Assembly (NCBI RefSeq): GCF_000143415.4
Contig: NW_003314293.1
Coordinates: 589,763-653,762, forward strand
Length of the DNA stretch: 64,000 bases
Reading direction: 5' to 3'
From: Selaginella moellendorffii
Taxonomy: Eukaryota; Plantae; Lycopodiophyta
The position numbers were made by a program, and so were the translations under genes. This document shows, piece by piece, positions 1 to 13,727 of this stretch. Below the pieces are notes generated by a model. The model did not search any database. It saw nothing but the letters and a program-made list of their open reading frames with translations, and was not told the DNA's origin. Within the stretch, counting starts at the first letter, position 1. Every line of letters starts with the position of its first letter.

Positions 1-474
1 AGATGAATGCTTTAGGCTTTCACCCTCGGAATCGGACTTGAACTTGGACTCGATCTCAGACTCCATCTCGATCTCGGTCTTGGTCTCGGCCTTATCCTCA
101 AACTCCATCTCGGGTCCATCTTAAACTCCATCTCAGACTCCATCTCGGGTCTATCTTGGAATCCATCTCAGGTCCATCTCGGACTCCATCTTAGACTCCA
201 TCTTAGGTCCATCTCAAACTCCATCTCGGGTCCATCTCAGACTCCACCATGTGTCATGTGTTGGTTGTCTTGTGTCCCTTTTCTAGAGACTCTTTTTTTG
301 TTCACTTTGTGCTCATTTCTTGAGCACTCTTTTGGGAGTTCCATTCCTGCTTTTGACTCTTCAAGTCAAAGCTTTTAGTCCAAATGTGTTATGTTCATTT
401 GGCTCCCACTTTGGCCACTACCACATGGCACCCTTTCAACCCCACTTTTGGGGCTCTAGGATTTGTGTCTCACA
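1..474 (-). mobile_element. Partial LTR of the local LTR-retrotransposon family, cut by the window edge
   Basis: Same sequence as the right part of the 1061-2293 LTR: CTCGGACTCCAT-type tandem array, then ...GGGGCTCTAGGATTTGTGTCTCACA ending in CA at 474. Confidence 0.85.
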
Positions 475-1060
475 CTTAACTCTCACCAAGCACGATAGAT
501 GATCAAACTTATAGAGTTTAATGAATTTTTAATTGAGCACAAGGTTCAATGTGTGAATGTGGTGGCTAATGCTTTGTCTCATATGCGCTCTACTTTTGTG
601 GGAGAAAGGATTTATCCAAAAGCAATGACTGAATTTGCTAGTATGGTTGGGCAAGTTCAACAGCAAGATATCAAGGTACAAAAGCTTAGTATGTGCATGG
701 AGCCACCTTTATCACTAGAATGGTTTGCTCTTGTATAATAGCTAGGTATATCTTCCTTGAGTTGATGAGCTAATCAACCACATCCTCTATTATTATCATG
801 ACCACTTGAAGGCTGGTCATTTTAGGGGGAGAAAGACTTTCGAGTTGATCAAGCATAGGTTCTTTTGGAAGAACATGAAAAATGATATTCTCAAGTATTG
901 CAAGATATGCAAGAATTATCAACAAGTGAAGGTGCCAAAGGAAAAGCCAATATAGCTTTTGGTGCCATTACCTATCCCAGAGGATAGATGAAGAGGCATA
1001 TCCATGAATTATATCACACATTTGCCAAGAACACATATGCAAAATGAATAAGCTTGGATT
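475..1060 (+). pseudogene. Degenerate Ty3/gypsy pol fragment (RNase H end, integrase HHCC, start of integrase core)
   Basis: Reads LNSHQAR*MIKLIEF...NVVANALS (cf. LNxRQARW...NxVADALSR). Continues YHDHLKAGH..GRKTFELIKHRFFWKNMKNDILKYCKICKNYQQVK and LLVPLPIPEDR*RGISMNYITHLPRT. Contains stops and is cut by LTRs on both sides. Confidence 0.85.
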
Positions 1061-2293
1061 TGTAAGTGACTAAATTTTTCATTCTACTTTAGTCACTTAA
1101 CCACACCTCCGACCACTTGGAGGAGTCTCATTCACAACCTTCATAAGTCCTATTCTAGACTTGGGGATTTGCTAGCCCTAAAAATGGCATTCATGCCACT
1201 CAACCATTGCACTTGGTCCAAGTGCTCCATGTGTTCGACCCCTGACCGACACCCAAAGGTGCCACCGACATATTAGCCCGTTACACTAAGGCCATGCCCA
1301 TTCACTTTTGTCACACTAGTGATCCAACACCACCTGCATCACCATCCCGTTTTTCAAAGACTGGGCCATCCATTCACAAGTGGTCATCCCAGATCCACTC
1401 CTTAGCATCCTTAGGATGCCCATAGACATGGGGAATAACCTCCCCAATATCCCTTTTTTTGATCCCCACCAAGTCCCTTTTCATCCATGGCTGTGTTCAC
1501 CAACACTATTACTGGGTCAAGGCCCATAGGCCTGACCACTAAGTCCCACTGTCCTTTGGGATTTCTTTGCCATGTGACCATATCCTTGGTCATTACATTA
1601 GAGGATTGCTTTTTTTCTTTTCCATAGTCTGGGACTTCACTAAGCTACTATACTTGTTTATCTGTATTCACTATAGCTTTGGACTCCTCAATGGTTTTAT
1701 CATCACCCAACATATGGGTATAGCCTTTTTTGGTTACACTAGCATTTCTTGGCCAAACTAGTTCCACTAGGGTCTTCCCCCTACTATACTTTTGGAGCAA
1801 ACCAAACCCCTCAGGGTTTGGGAGATGAACGCTTTATGCTTTCACCCTCGGGCTTGGACTTGGACTTGGACTCGGACTCAAACTCGAACTCAGACTCGGT
1901 CTCGGTCTTGGTCTTGGTCTCGGCCTTGTCCTTAAACTCCATCCTGGGTCCTTCTCGAACTCCTTCTCGGACTCCATCTTAGGTCCATCTCAGACTCCAT
2001 CTCGAGTCCATCTCAAACTCCATCTCAGATTTCATCTTGTGTCTATCTCAGACTCCATCCCGAGTCCATCTCGGATCCATCTCAAGTTTATCTCGGACTC
2101 CATCTTTGGTCCATCTCGATACTTCCATGTGTCATGTGTTAGCCCTTCCTTAGAGAGTTCCACTCCCACTCTCGACTTTTCAAGTTAAAGGTTTTAGTCC
2201 AAACGTGTTACACTCGTTTGGCTTCTACTTCGGCCACTACCACATGGCACCCTTTTGGCTCCACTTTTGGGGCTTTAGGATTTGTGTCTCACA
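1061..2293 (-). mobile_element. Complete LTR (about 1.23 kb), the 3' LTR of element 1
   Basis: Starts TGTAAGTGAC at 1061 and ends TCTCACA at 2293. It is followed by ACTCCACCACCC, which is the polypurine tract GGGTGGTGGAGT on the minus strand. Confidence 0.85.
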
Positions 2294-5200
2294 ACTCCAC
2301 CACCCATAGATGAAGTTTGATGTCCTCATCAAACAGTAAACCATTTTATAAGGTAACACCAACATGTATTACCCTTTCCATCTTTGGCACCTAGCCAATA
2401 TTCATCAATAGTTCAACACCTAAAGTTCACCATGCCTTCTCCATCTTCTAAGGAGCATAATCTCTTTAACATAGAGACTTGATCGACCACTTGTGGTGGT
2501 TTTTTCCCTCTCATTAGTTTAGTTCTCACTAAACTCATTAGAGACACCTTCTCTATCTCAATCCCACTACTCATTCTTGAGCATTTTCAACTTCTATCAA
2601 TATAATTATTTCGCTTTGGAACATTTAATCTTAAATTCTCAAAGTCAATTTCCTAAGTGTCTTTAACACCTTTCATTGCACATATTATGCAAACTTCACT
2701 TCCCTAAGAAGTTTTCTATTTAAAGGCACCATCATCCTCTTTTCTATTTTGTGCCATCTTTGGCATTAAGTTTCAGTTATCATAAATTGTGCTAAAGCTG
2801 TCCACAGCTCTATCATTTTTTTACTTTGCCACTCCCATCCTTAGAGCTTTCACCTTTGCCAAATTGGAGCATTTGGGAATTCATCCTTGCCTATCTTTGC
2901 CATTTGGATTCTTTCTAATAAATTTCATGGCCCACACTTGGCCAACAGTCTTTTGCTTCTATCCATTGATTGTTACACCAAACAACATAGGATCATTACC
3001 TCCATTTTTGAGGTATCCTTTTAGTTCAATGGTAAAGACTCTAATTTGCCAAATCTAGAGGGTGCTCACCCTTAGTAGGTCTCTTTAGCATTCTACTATG
3101 GCTCCATCCACGGCCCAATCTTGCGACCCTTCCATGGGTCTTTCCTAGAGATTATTTTTCTTGGACTCGTTATATCATTGTATCGGCACAATTGATTTCC
3201 CTTTAGGTGTCCTTCCCACTTGGTCACCTTGACCAAACCACACCATTATTAATAGTTCAAATCAACACTTTGAACTAGGAATTTTATTCCTTAACCTAAA
3301 TAAAGACTTTATCCTTATTTAGCCACAAAATCACCTAGTGATCTCATTTTGATCCCTTAACATCTACTAATAGAAATTAGGTCTTCCAAACCTTTTAAGT
3401 TGTTGACTATGCCCCAAGGGCATCCCCCACATTTGGCAGTGTGCCCAAGCTAGCCCTTTTGGCCAAGGATCCATAATAATTGAGACTAAGTGTCCCCATC
3501 TCATTCACCACGACCTTGGTGTTACTTGCACCAAAGTGTTCAAGTTAGATATGCTAAACTTTCACACTAGGCAATCTAATTGTGCATCATGACTCTAAGG
3601 CATTTCTCGTTTGGTGGTGTGCCCAAGCCTGTCTCTTCACTAAGAGTCTATGATCACCGAAAAATGAATGTCCTTATATTCCAAACCATCATCACACCCT
3701 AGTGATTTAAAACTCGAACCCAAGCACTAAAGGGTTGGGATTTGAACTCAACCTCTATATATACACTTACAAATGGCATTACCCAGGATGTTTGGCATGA
3801 CTCCCCACGTCAGTGCACCAATTTATATTTAAAATGCGCTATGGATCATAACTTAGGAACCTAGTTCCTTTGCACTACTTAGTCTTCTCACTTAACAAGT
3901 TTGTGATCATGCATGGACTCCTCCATGCTTGGCCCCATAAGTCACCCCTTTTGAAGTCAACACCTTCAATTAGGGTCTTTGTTCCCCCGACTTGCCAATC
4001 TTGCTTAGCAACTCACCGACTAGCGTAATATGGTTTCATGCATAAGTGTGAAGATGCTTAACCACTGACTGTAATTCAAAGCCATCTCTTTGAATATTTA
4101 GGAACTAATTCCTTAATCTTGATAGCCTCGCCTCATGGCAAACATCAAGACCACGCTTTTGTTGTGCCACTCTAGTTTCGCACGTTCTATAAACCATTTA
4201 CACTTAACTTTCTAGGTACTAATCTACTTAAAATTGTCTTTAAGAACTTTGAAGGAACTCTATCCTTCAGCTTGCTAAGGCCTTTCTTTTTGCAACCTTT
4301 CTCATTGCTATATGATCTAGCATGGACAATTCTATATTTTAGGCTTTTTATGACATCATGGTTGTTAATAGCAACCCGCTCAAGCACCCACTTGATTTTC
4401 CACTCTCAACTCGTATAACCACCCTTGGTTATGCCTTTTGATTCCTATGATTCAATTCTATCCTTTTATTACTCACTTTTTGGCTTTATATGTTTTTTTC
4501 GAGTATTCTCCTCTAGACTAAAAGGATAGCTTTGCACTTTCTATCATGCCTTAACAAATATTCTTAGGGATGAACTTACCTGATAGTCTAAGGAGTGGTT
4601 CTTCAATCCGCATATGCTCACTTTGTAATCCCACACTCTGGGATTAACATTGCTACTTATGCGCCTTTATATGCCCATCACTAGCCTTGCCAAAATCCCT
4701 TTTTGGCTTTGTCCAATTTGGGTAAATGGACTTCTCCCATCTTTGCAACCTTAAAAATTTGAATAGCACTTCCTATCCATCATTCGTTAGGGATTTAGTC
4801 CCTTAGGCTTTATCTAATGGCCTCATGACACCAAACACCACTTCTTGGTGTTTTAGAGTGTTTGGGTATCCCAATGATGGCCTTCTTTGACAATAAGCAT
4901 TCGTTTTATGATATTGATTTACTATATCACAACATAAGCAATTTATCCCCCATAAGGGTATATTTAACCTCCCTATCTTAATAAGAAGTTTTGGGTAGTT
5001 ATCTTCTACCATTTTGATCAATTATTTTGCATATTTTGCTTAGTTGCCTCATAATTATCAAGTCCTACAACTCATTGCTGGTGCTTTCACACCTCCATCA
5101 TTATTTGGGTCACCACACTCCAATCACATGCCTTTTAACTTAGGCTATGCCATTCTCATTTCCATTAGGATTCTTTTAGGAAAGGGTTCTTATGAACCCA

Positions 5201-5401
5201 CTAACTTGACCTCAAAGCATCACGCCTTGGCATATTTAGTATCTCCACACGATTTGCTTAACAAGCCTACTTTTATGACACTTCTTACTTGTGTCTAAGT
5301 CTTTGCTAAGACCAATATAGTTATTTCTCGTGCCAACTATTCGTCAACACTACAATATAGAGTTTACACACAACTTTGTATCAAAGTTATTTTCTTCTAG
5401 G
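1061..5401 (-). mobile_element. LTR retroelement copy 1 (3' LTR, PPT and about 3.1 kb of internal region, truncated by a later insertion)
   Basis: Internal 2335-5400 is colinear with about 6900-10000 of copy 2. It breaks at ...GTTATTTTCTTCTAG, where another LTR begins. Confidence 0.8.
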
Positions 5402-5643
5402 TGTAATCAATTAAATTTTTCCATTCTACTTTAGTCACTTAACCACACCTTTGACCACTTAGAGGAGTTTCACTCACAACCTCCATAAGTCCTATTCTGG
5501 ACTTTGGGACTTGCTAGCCCCGATTATGGCATTCATGCCACTCAACTGTTGCACTTGGTGCAAGTGCTCCACATGTTCAATCCCATGATCAACACTCAAA
5601 GGTACCACCAACATATCAACCTATTATGCTAAGGCCATGCCCA
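5402..5643 (-). mobile_element. Truncated LTR (about 240 bp) interrupted by element 2
   Basis: TGTAATCAATTAAATTTTTCCATTCTACTTTAGTCACTTAACC... matches the LTR start. It ends at AAGGCCATGCCCA, where a new TGTAAGTGAC begins. Confidence 0.8.
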
Positions 5644-6574
5644 TGTAAGTGACTAATTTTTCCATTCTACTTTAGTCACTTAACCACACCTCCGACCACT
5701 TAGAGCAGTCTCACTCACAACTTTCATAAGTCCTATTTTGGACTTGGGCTTGCTAGCCCTGAGAATGGCATCCTCGCCACTCAACCTTTGCACTTGGTCC
5801 AAGTGTTCCACGTGTCTGATCCCATGATTGACACCTATGGTACCACCAACATACCAGCCCGTTACGCTAGGCCATGCCCATTCACCTTGGTCACATCGGT
5901 GGTCCAACACCACCTGCATTGCAACCTCGTCTCTCCAAGACTGGGCCTTCTGTCCATGAATGGTCATCCCAGATCCACTCCTGAGCATCCTTAGGATCCC
6001 TGCAAACATGGGGAATAGCCTTCCCCAATATCCCTTTTCCGGTACTCACCAAGTCATTAAGTCCCATGGTCCTCTGGGACTTCCTCACCATGTGACTATG
6101 CCCTTGGTTGCCGCACTAGAGGGCTACTCCTCTTCCTTTCCACAATCTGAAACTTTGGGACAACATTTCGGAACACCGCGGCTCTACGTGGGCCTTCTGA
6201 GTACTCTCCTTGCCTTCTGCCTTTGGGTGCTCTAGCCATGGGCTTAGAGCGAAGTTCCGTTGAGCCACACCTGGTGTCCAAGTAGGTAGTGCCACCCACA
6301 CTTGGACTGGGAGCATTGGCCAATTGATCTCTTGGGGGAACTAGAGCCGGCTCTTGAACACTTCACCAAGCTACCCCACTTGTCGGTCTATGTTCACTCT
6401 AGTCTTGGACTTCCCAGTGGGCAACTCATCACCCAACACTAAGTATATCCTTTCTGGGCCAAATTGGCCTTTCCTGGCCAAACTGGCTCCACTACAGTCC
6501 TCCCCCTTACTATACTTTTGGAGCTCACTAAACCCCCCAAGGTTTGGGAGACGAACGCTTTGGGCTTTCACCCT

Positions 6575-6842
6575 CTCAGACTCGGACTCGGACTTGGACT
6601 CGAACTCGGACTTGGGCTCGGTCTCGGCCTCAGCCTCGGTCTCGGTCTCGGTCCCGGTCTCGGTCTCGGTCCCAGTCCCAGTCTTGGTCCCAACCTCGGA
6701 CTCCATCTCGGGTCCTTCTCGGACTCCATCTCGGATTCCATCTCGGGTCCATCTCAGACTCCATCTTGGACTCCATCTCGAACTCCATCTCGGGTCCATC
6801 TTGGACTCTATCTTGGGTCCTTCTCGGGTCCATCTCGGACTC
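6575..6842. repeat. LTR-internal tandem array of 6-bp (CTCGGT/CTCGGA) and 11-12-bp (CTCGG(A)CTCCAT) units
   Basis: Directly visible. Equivalent arrays lie at about 25-245 and 1848-2120. These arrays generate the spurious low-complexity ORFs in the track. Confidence 0.9.
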
Positions 6843-9800
6843 TGCCACGTGTCATATGTTGGTCCTCTTGTGTCCCTTTTCTAGAAACTCACTTATTGCT
6901 TGCTAAACTATTTTATAAAGTAATACCAACATGTATTACACTTTCCATTCTTGGCACCTTGCCAATATTTGTCAATGGTTTGATACCGAAGGCTCACCAT
7001 GCCTTACCCAACCTCTAAGGAGGATAGTCTCTCTAACTTAGAGACTGATTGGACCACTTGGTTATCTCCTTTTATTGGTTTAGTTCTCGCTAAACCTGTT
7101 AGAGACACTGTCTATATCTCAATCCCACTACTTCTCGAGTAGTCTCAGTTTCCATCGACATAACCTTTGCACTTTAGAACGTTTACTTTTGACTTCTTGA
7201 AGTCAATTTCCTAAGTGTCTCCAACACCTTGCATTGCACATATTGTGCAAGTCCACTTCCCTATCCTAGGAAGTTCTCTACTTAAGGGCACCATCATCTT
7301 CTCTTCTATTTCATGCCTCCTTAGGCACTAAGTTCTAGTTATTATAATTTGTGCTAGGGCCGTCCATGGCCCTATCATTTGGCTACCTTACCGCTCCCTC
7401 CCTTGGGGCTTCCATTTTCGCCAAATCGGAGAAATTGGGAATCCATCCTTGGGAACACCTTGCCTTTCCCATAATTCATTAGCCCCCAACACATTAGTGT
7501 TCTTGGCCTAACTTTGCCTTTTGGATTCTTTCCCATGGTTCCCATGGCTCTTTTCTTAGCCATTAGTCTTTTGCTCATATCCTTGATTGTTGCACCCAGC
7601 AACATCGGATCGCTACCTCCATTATTGAGGTATCTTTTCAATTCCATAGCAAAGACTTTGTTTTGCTAAGTCCAAAGGGTGTTTACCCCTAGTATGTCTT
7701 TTTATCATTTTCTACTATAGCTTTATTCATAACTTAATTTAGTGACCCTCCCATGGGTCTTTTATAGAGACTACTTTCTTCGGACTCACTATGCCATCGC
7801 ATAGACATAGCTTATATCCTTTAGGTGCTCTTCCCACTTGGTCATCTTGACCAAGTGCCACCATCATAAACAGTCCAATCAACACTTTGAACTAGGAATT
7901 TCATTCCTTAGCCAACCAAGGACCTTATCCTTATTTAGCCACAAGATCACCTAGTGATATCACTTTGGCACCTTAATAAAGTTGCCAAAAGGTACTTGGT
8001 CTTCTAGACCTTCAAGTTGTTGACCATGACCCCAGGGGCATCCCCCACACTTGGCGGTGCACCCAAGCCAACCCTTACAGCCAAGGGTCCATAGCAGCTG
8101 AGATTAAGTGTCCCCATCTCATTCATTACGCCCTTGGTGCCACTCGCACCAAGGTGTTAAAATTAGATATGCCGAGCCACACTAAGCAATCTAGTCGTGC
8201 ATCACAACTCCTAGGCATCCCTCATTTGGCGGTGTGTCCAAATCAGTCTCCTCACTGAGAGTCCATGACCACCAAAAAATGAATGTCTTCATATTCCAAA
8301 CCATCACCATGCCCTAGTGATTTGGGACTCGAACCCAAGCACTAGAGGGTCAGGACTTGAACTCAACCTCTGTATATGCATCTACGGACAGCATCACACA
8401 AGATGCCTGGCGTGACTCCCCACGTCGGTGCACCAATATATACTTAAAACGTGTTATAGATCACAGTTTAGGAACCTAGTTCCTCGCACTGCTAAGTCCT
8501 CTCACTTGACAAATCTGTGATCATACATGGACTCCTCCATGCTTGGCCCCACTGGCCACCCCTTTGAAGTTGACTCATTCTACAAGGGTATTTATTCCCC
8601 CGACTTGCCCTCATTTAACAAGTCATCTGACCACCGTAACATGGTTCATGCATAAGTGTGAAAGTCCTTAACCATCGACTTTCATTCAAAGCCCTCTTCT
8701 TTGAACACTTAGGAATTACTTCTCTAACTTTGATAGCTTCGCCTCTTAGCAAGCTTCAAGACCACACTTCTGCTGTGCCACTCTGATTTTGCGCGCTCTA
8801 TAAACCATTTACACTTAGATTTCTAGGTACTTATCTAGCTAGGGGAACTTTCAAGGAACTCTGTTCCTTAGTTTGCTAAAACCTCTCCTTTCGCAAGCTT
8901 TTCAATTACCATATAGTCTAACATGGACAATCCCATGTTTTAGACTTTTTATAGCATCCCGGTTGCTAGCAACAACATGCTTGAGCATCCACTTGATTCT
9001 CCACTCCCAATTAGTATAACCACCATTGGTTATGCAATTCCATTATTATGGTTTGGTTTTATCCTTTTATTATTTGCTTTTGGCCTCACACCTTTCCTTC
9101 AGTTATTCTCCTCCAGACTAGGAGGATTGCTTTGCACTTTCTATTATGCCATAGCAAGTATTCTTAGGGATGAATCTACCCGATAGCCTAGGGAGTGGTT
9201 CCTCAATCCGAGTATGCTCAACTTATAATCCCACATACCGGGATTAACATTGCTACTTATGGGCTTTTATATGCCCATCGCTAGCCTTGCCACAATTCCA
9301 TTTTGGCTTTGTCCAATTCGGGTAGACAGTCTTCTTTTGTCTCTGCAATCTTGGACGTTTGGATAGCACCTTCTATCCATCATTCGCTAGGGACTTAATC
9401 CTTTGGGCTTTATCTATTGCCCTCGCAACACTAAACACCACCTCCTTGTGTTCTAGAGTGTTTTGGTGTCCTAATGATGGTCTCCTTGACAATGAGCATT
9501 TCCTTGTATGACATTGACTTATTATATTGCAACATAAGCAATTTATCCCCTGTAAGGGTATATTTAACTTCCTTATGCTATTAAGAAGTCTTGGGTAGCT
9601 ACTTTTTACCTGTTTAACCAATTATTTTGCACTTCTTGTTTAGTTGCCCCATAGTTGTCAAGTCCTACAATTCATTATTTAGTGCTTCCACACCTCCATC
9701 ATTATCTGGGTCACCACACTCTAATTATATGCTTTCCAGCTTAGGCTATGCCATTCCCATTTCTATTAGGGATTCCTTTGGAAGGGGTTCTCATAAACCC

Positions 9801-10880
9801 ACCAACTTGACCTCAAGGTAGCATGCCTTGCCACATTCGGTGTTTCCACACTATCAGCTCCAGGAGCCTACCTCCATGACACTTCTTATTTGTGTCTAGT
9901 TCTTTGCCAAGACCAATATGGTGGTCTCTTATGCCAACTATCCATTAGCACTACACCATAGAATTTATGCACAACTTTGTGTCAAAGTAGTTTTCTTCCA
10001 GAAAACTCTTTCCCACGACTTTAGCATGGCAAATTCTGCCACCCATGAGATACCCACTATTTTCATACTTAGACTTTACGATCCTCCTCGTTCTTCGTGG
10101 GGCACCATACACCTCAATCCAAATGTTTTTTCCAATCCCTTAGAACCATTCCTTGATTCTTCTTGAGTCATTCAACATTTTTAGACTTTAGTAAACCAAT
10201 GATCTGTAAGGTCTTATTTTTGAGATGCCAGCTCCCTGGAATATGACTTCATGTATTCATGTCCTACTCATAAGAACTATCTTTGCAAGTGTTACTTCGA
10301 CACTTGATTTTTTCGCTTGGGGCAACCTTTAGCCCCTTAGGACCACTTGTCCATGTGATGAGATTACCAACTCATCCTCTGAGTACACCCCCAATTCCTT
10401 AGGTTGTTCCAACATTTATTAGAGATAGCCCCGGCTACCATTTCAAAGACTTGTGTCCTCTTCTGTATTTGACCTCCCATGGTCATCAATTCCGGTCTCA
10501 AAGTTATGAGCACAAGCCTCAACTATATGTGGGTAATCTTGTGACTCTTTTATTGTTTTGGAGTCTACATCTTTCCCGTGATCCCAACTATAGTTGTTTC
10601 CCACAACTATATTAGCTCGTTTGCTACATCAAACGCTCATCTAGATCACATCCTCAACTCTCTAAGGAAACCCTTATACTGTTCCCAAGATCCCAAAGTC
10701 ATTCCCTTATTGGCCCTTTTCCATCCACCACATTGCACACAAGTTCACGCATGAACTTGAGTGGAGAGCCATGTCTTCCCGACTTGCTACTCCTCAAGGA
10801 TAAGCCCACGCCTAGGACCTTCTGATGCCAACACTAGTGGTGATATACTTCAGCACCAATAAAAGTCGGACTAAGGAACA

Positions 10881-10892
10881 ACTCTGATACCA
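10881..10892 (-). other. Primer binding site complementary to the initiator tRNA-Met 3' end
   Basis: + strand ACTCTGATACCA is minus TGGTATCAGAGT, 3 nt from the LTR terminus (...TTACA). The canonical plant iMet PBS is TGGTATCAGAGC. Confidence 0.85.
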
Positions 10893-12160
10893 AGTTGTAA
10901 GTGACTAATTTTTCCATTTTACTTTAATCACTTAACCACACCTCCGACCACTTGGAGAAGTCTCACTCACAACTTCCATAAGTCTTATTTCGGACTTGGG
11001 CTTGCTAGCCTTGAGAATGGCATCCCTGCCACTCAACCTTTGCACTTGGTCCAAGTGCTCCACATGTCTGATCCCATGATTGACACAAAGCAAAAATATT
11101 TTTTAAGCCAGAGATATGTTTACTTCTGTCAGGTTTGAGATTCTAGTTGAAGATGATCTATGCCTTAAGAGTCAGCTTGTTGGTGGCAATGGTATCAAGT
11201 GGCAAACAGACATAAGGAGGGCCAAAGCAAAATTGAGGAGAAATGAACAATTAGACATTTTGAGGTTATAATAGAAGATGTTGATGACAAAGTGGTATAT
11301 AGGATGTTATATTTAGAGTGTTGGAATAGTTACTGAAGCAGTGTAAAGCAAAAATACTTTCTCACATCCCATTCTATGGGGTATAAGCAAGCAATGAAGT
11401 GATCAATAATTAGGTTAATGGCAAATATTTTAGGCAACTTAGCTCCTCTAACATCATCAGTACACCTCATTAATATGAATAAAGAACTTCTGCATGAAGT
11501 TTTGTAACAGTTTAAGTTTGTAGGTTTTTTCTTTAGGAGAGCTGTGACTTCATTGATTAGGAGAAGGTAAAGATCATATGTGCAGATTGCAATTCTCTTA
11601 TTCAACTTTTTCCTCCTTGAGGTAAGGTTCTCAAATCATTTGTTAAGTCATAATGTTTACATTGCAGGTGGATTTGCTCATAATATTGAATAACATATTT
11701 TGCATGTTGATGAAGTTGTTTGAAAATAGAAGAAAAAAGGTAAAAGGAAGCTAGGTCAACCTCTAAAGATAGCAATTACTAATGAAAAACTGTCTAGTAG
11801 TGCTAAATTCTTCCCAAGTAAGCATGATTATATTCATTGTTAACATGTTTTTTAGGAGAAGATAATTCTATGGCTGCAAATGCAAGCACTAAGTACTCTT
11901 TAATAGTTTAAGTTTGTTATACTTTTTCCAGTAGTTATGATATTTATGAAGTTGTGCTGGGGTTTTTATTTACCTCTACATTTTTACTATGTGACACCAA
12001 AACAACTGAAAAAATTTGCCTTAATTTTTTTATAAACCTTCTAGAGCTCTCAAACTGCAGGAAATACCAGATGGATGATACCTGTCTACCTCCTACCATA
12101 GAGTTGACATATATTAGGATTTAACATCAAATCGTTGTCTATGGGTGATGAGGTTCTCAG

Positions 12161-12535
12161 GCTCTCCAGCACCAGCGCCTTGGCTTGCTCGTACTTCCTT
12201 TGTAGACTAGCTTGTAGGCCAGAAGGCCAGAACAACTCCCTTCGTTTAAAAGGGTGGGATGTGAGCATAGTTGGCAAGGAAGAACCAAGCAATGTATTTC
12301 GTCTGCTTCCACAGGAGGAAAGTGCTTGTCCTTGAATCACGTGTTTGCTTCAGCTGTGAAAACCATCTTGCAAGGACACTCTGTGGCTTTGAATCTTCAA
12401 TTTGATCACAGCCTTGTGGAGCTCTATATCCACACCGAGGAGCTGAGTGTGCAGCTATAGGCTCTCATGAGGATTTGTTACATAGGTGGCCATGATGAGG
12501 AAGAGAAAGTAGCATTTACCACCACCAGTGCTGAA
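12161..12535 (+). repeat. Copy A of a dispersed coding-like repeat (unknown gene fragment)
   Basis: LSSTSALACSYFL...SAVKTILQGHSVALNLQFDHSLVELYIHTEELSVQL*ALMRICYIGGHDEEEK. Homologous to 13455-13727 and 16255-16658 in inverted orientation. Confidence 0.75.
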
Positions 12536-13454
12536 GGGAGCTTTGTTGTTGCTCATAAGGTTCATTTTCCTTTTTCTTGCTTTGCTATTTCTCTTTCATT
12601 TAACTCATCTTTCCAGGATCTGGTGTTTCCTCGGACATATGAGCCATATGTGCATATACTAAAAGACTGGCATGGAGAGTTTATTCTGGAGCATGTGCCA
12701 AGGCCATGGCGATCTCAGCCAGCCATGAAAAGTAGCTTGAAGGTCCAGATTTCTTTTCATCATGTCCCAGACTTCTGTGTGATCTGTCCATCCCCTAGGT
12801 CCAGCCTGGCGTTAATACTCCTATTTTCTTGGTGGACGTATCATCCCAAATACTACAAACAGGACAACAGTTGGAAGTCCTAATGCGTCAAGAGATGCGT
12901 GAGTTTGCCCAGTAGTCTGAAAAAGTCAGAAGTTCCGATTGTCTTGGTTGCTGCTCCAAATGGAGTTATCTTACCCCTGTTTGGGCTTCCATGTAGACTG
13001 TCTCATCACCTGACATTGGGCCATGAAATGCAGAGCTCAAGGCCCACGTCTCTGGAAGCTTTAGCAGGACTTCCAACTGTTATCATGTACACAGAATTTG
13101 AGATGAAACGTCCAACAAGAAAACAGGAGTATTGATGCCACCAGTCCGGACCTAGAGGATGGAAAGATCACACACAAGTCTGGGATGTGATGAAAGAAAT
13201 CCAGACCTTCAACCTACTTTTCATGGAGTTCCCCATTGGCTGAGATTGCCGAGGCCTTGACACTTGCTCCAGAATAAAGCGTCCATGCAGATCCTTTAGA
13301 CAGCACAGTAAATAAACAATGGCATGCCATATCTCTGAGAAAATAAAAAATGGAGCACTTTAGATGCACTGTGGAAAAAAGAAAGAAAGAAAGAAAAAAG
13401 CTCGTTAAAATGAAGGAGAAAATAGCAAACCAACCTTACACGAGTGAGTAGCTC

Positions 13455-13727
13455 CCTTCAGGAAATCCTTGAACTTCTCCAGCATATCATCACCGGTGGT
13501 GGAAAACGCTGCTTTCTCTTCCTCGTAATCACCACCTATGGAGGCTGTAGCCGCACCCTCAGCTCCTTAGTGTGGAGATAAAGCTCCACAAGGCTCTGAG
13601 CACTGCTGGGATCAAACCAGAGATTCAAGGCCGCCGAGCGCCCTTGCAAGATGGTCACAGCCGAAGCAAGCATCTGATTCAGGAGCCCCGGACAAGCGTC
13701 ACCAGCTTTCCTCCTGTGGAAGACGAG
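13455..13727 (-). repeat. Copy B of the dispersed repeat
   Basis: NQMLASAVTILQGRSAALNLWFDPSSAQSLVELYLHTKELRV, with clear nucleotide similarity to copy C (e.g. CCTTGAACTTCTCCAG...CCGGTGGTGGAA). Confidence 0.75.

Larger units (their letters stand above)
5644..11086 (-). mobile_element. LTR retroelement copy 2, apparently non-autonomous (LTR 5644-~6890, about 4 kb internal, PBS, truncated LTR 10896-11086)
   Basis: The LTR starts at 5644 and 10896 differ at about 12 of 190 positions by my count, almost all transitions. The PBS is adjacent to the 10896 LTR. The 5644 LTR has lost its end and the PPT by deletion. Confidence 0.85.

Noticed and set aside
6354-7018. Several overlapping low-complexity ORFs (ETET, RSRS, LGLG)
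   Set aside because: They are translations of the stop-free 6/12-bp tandem array inside the LTR.
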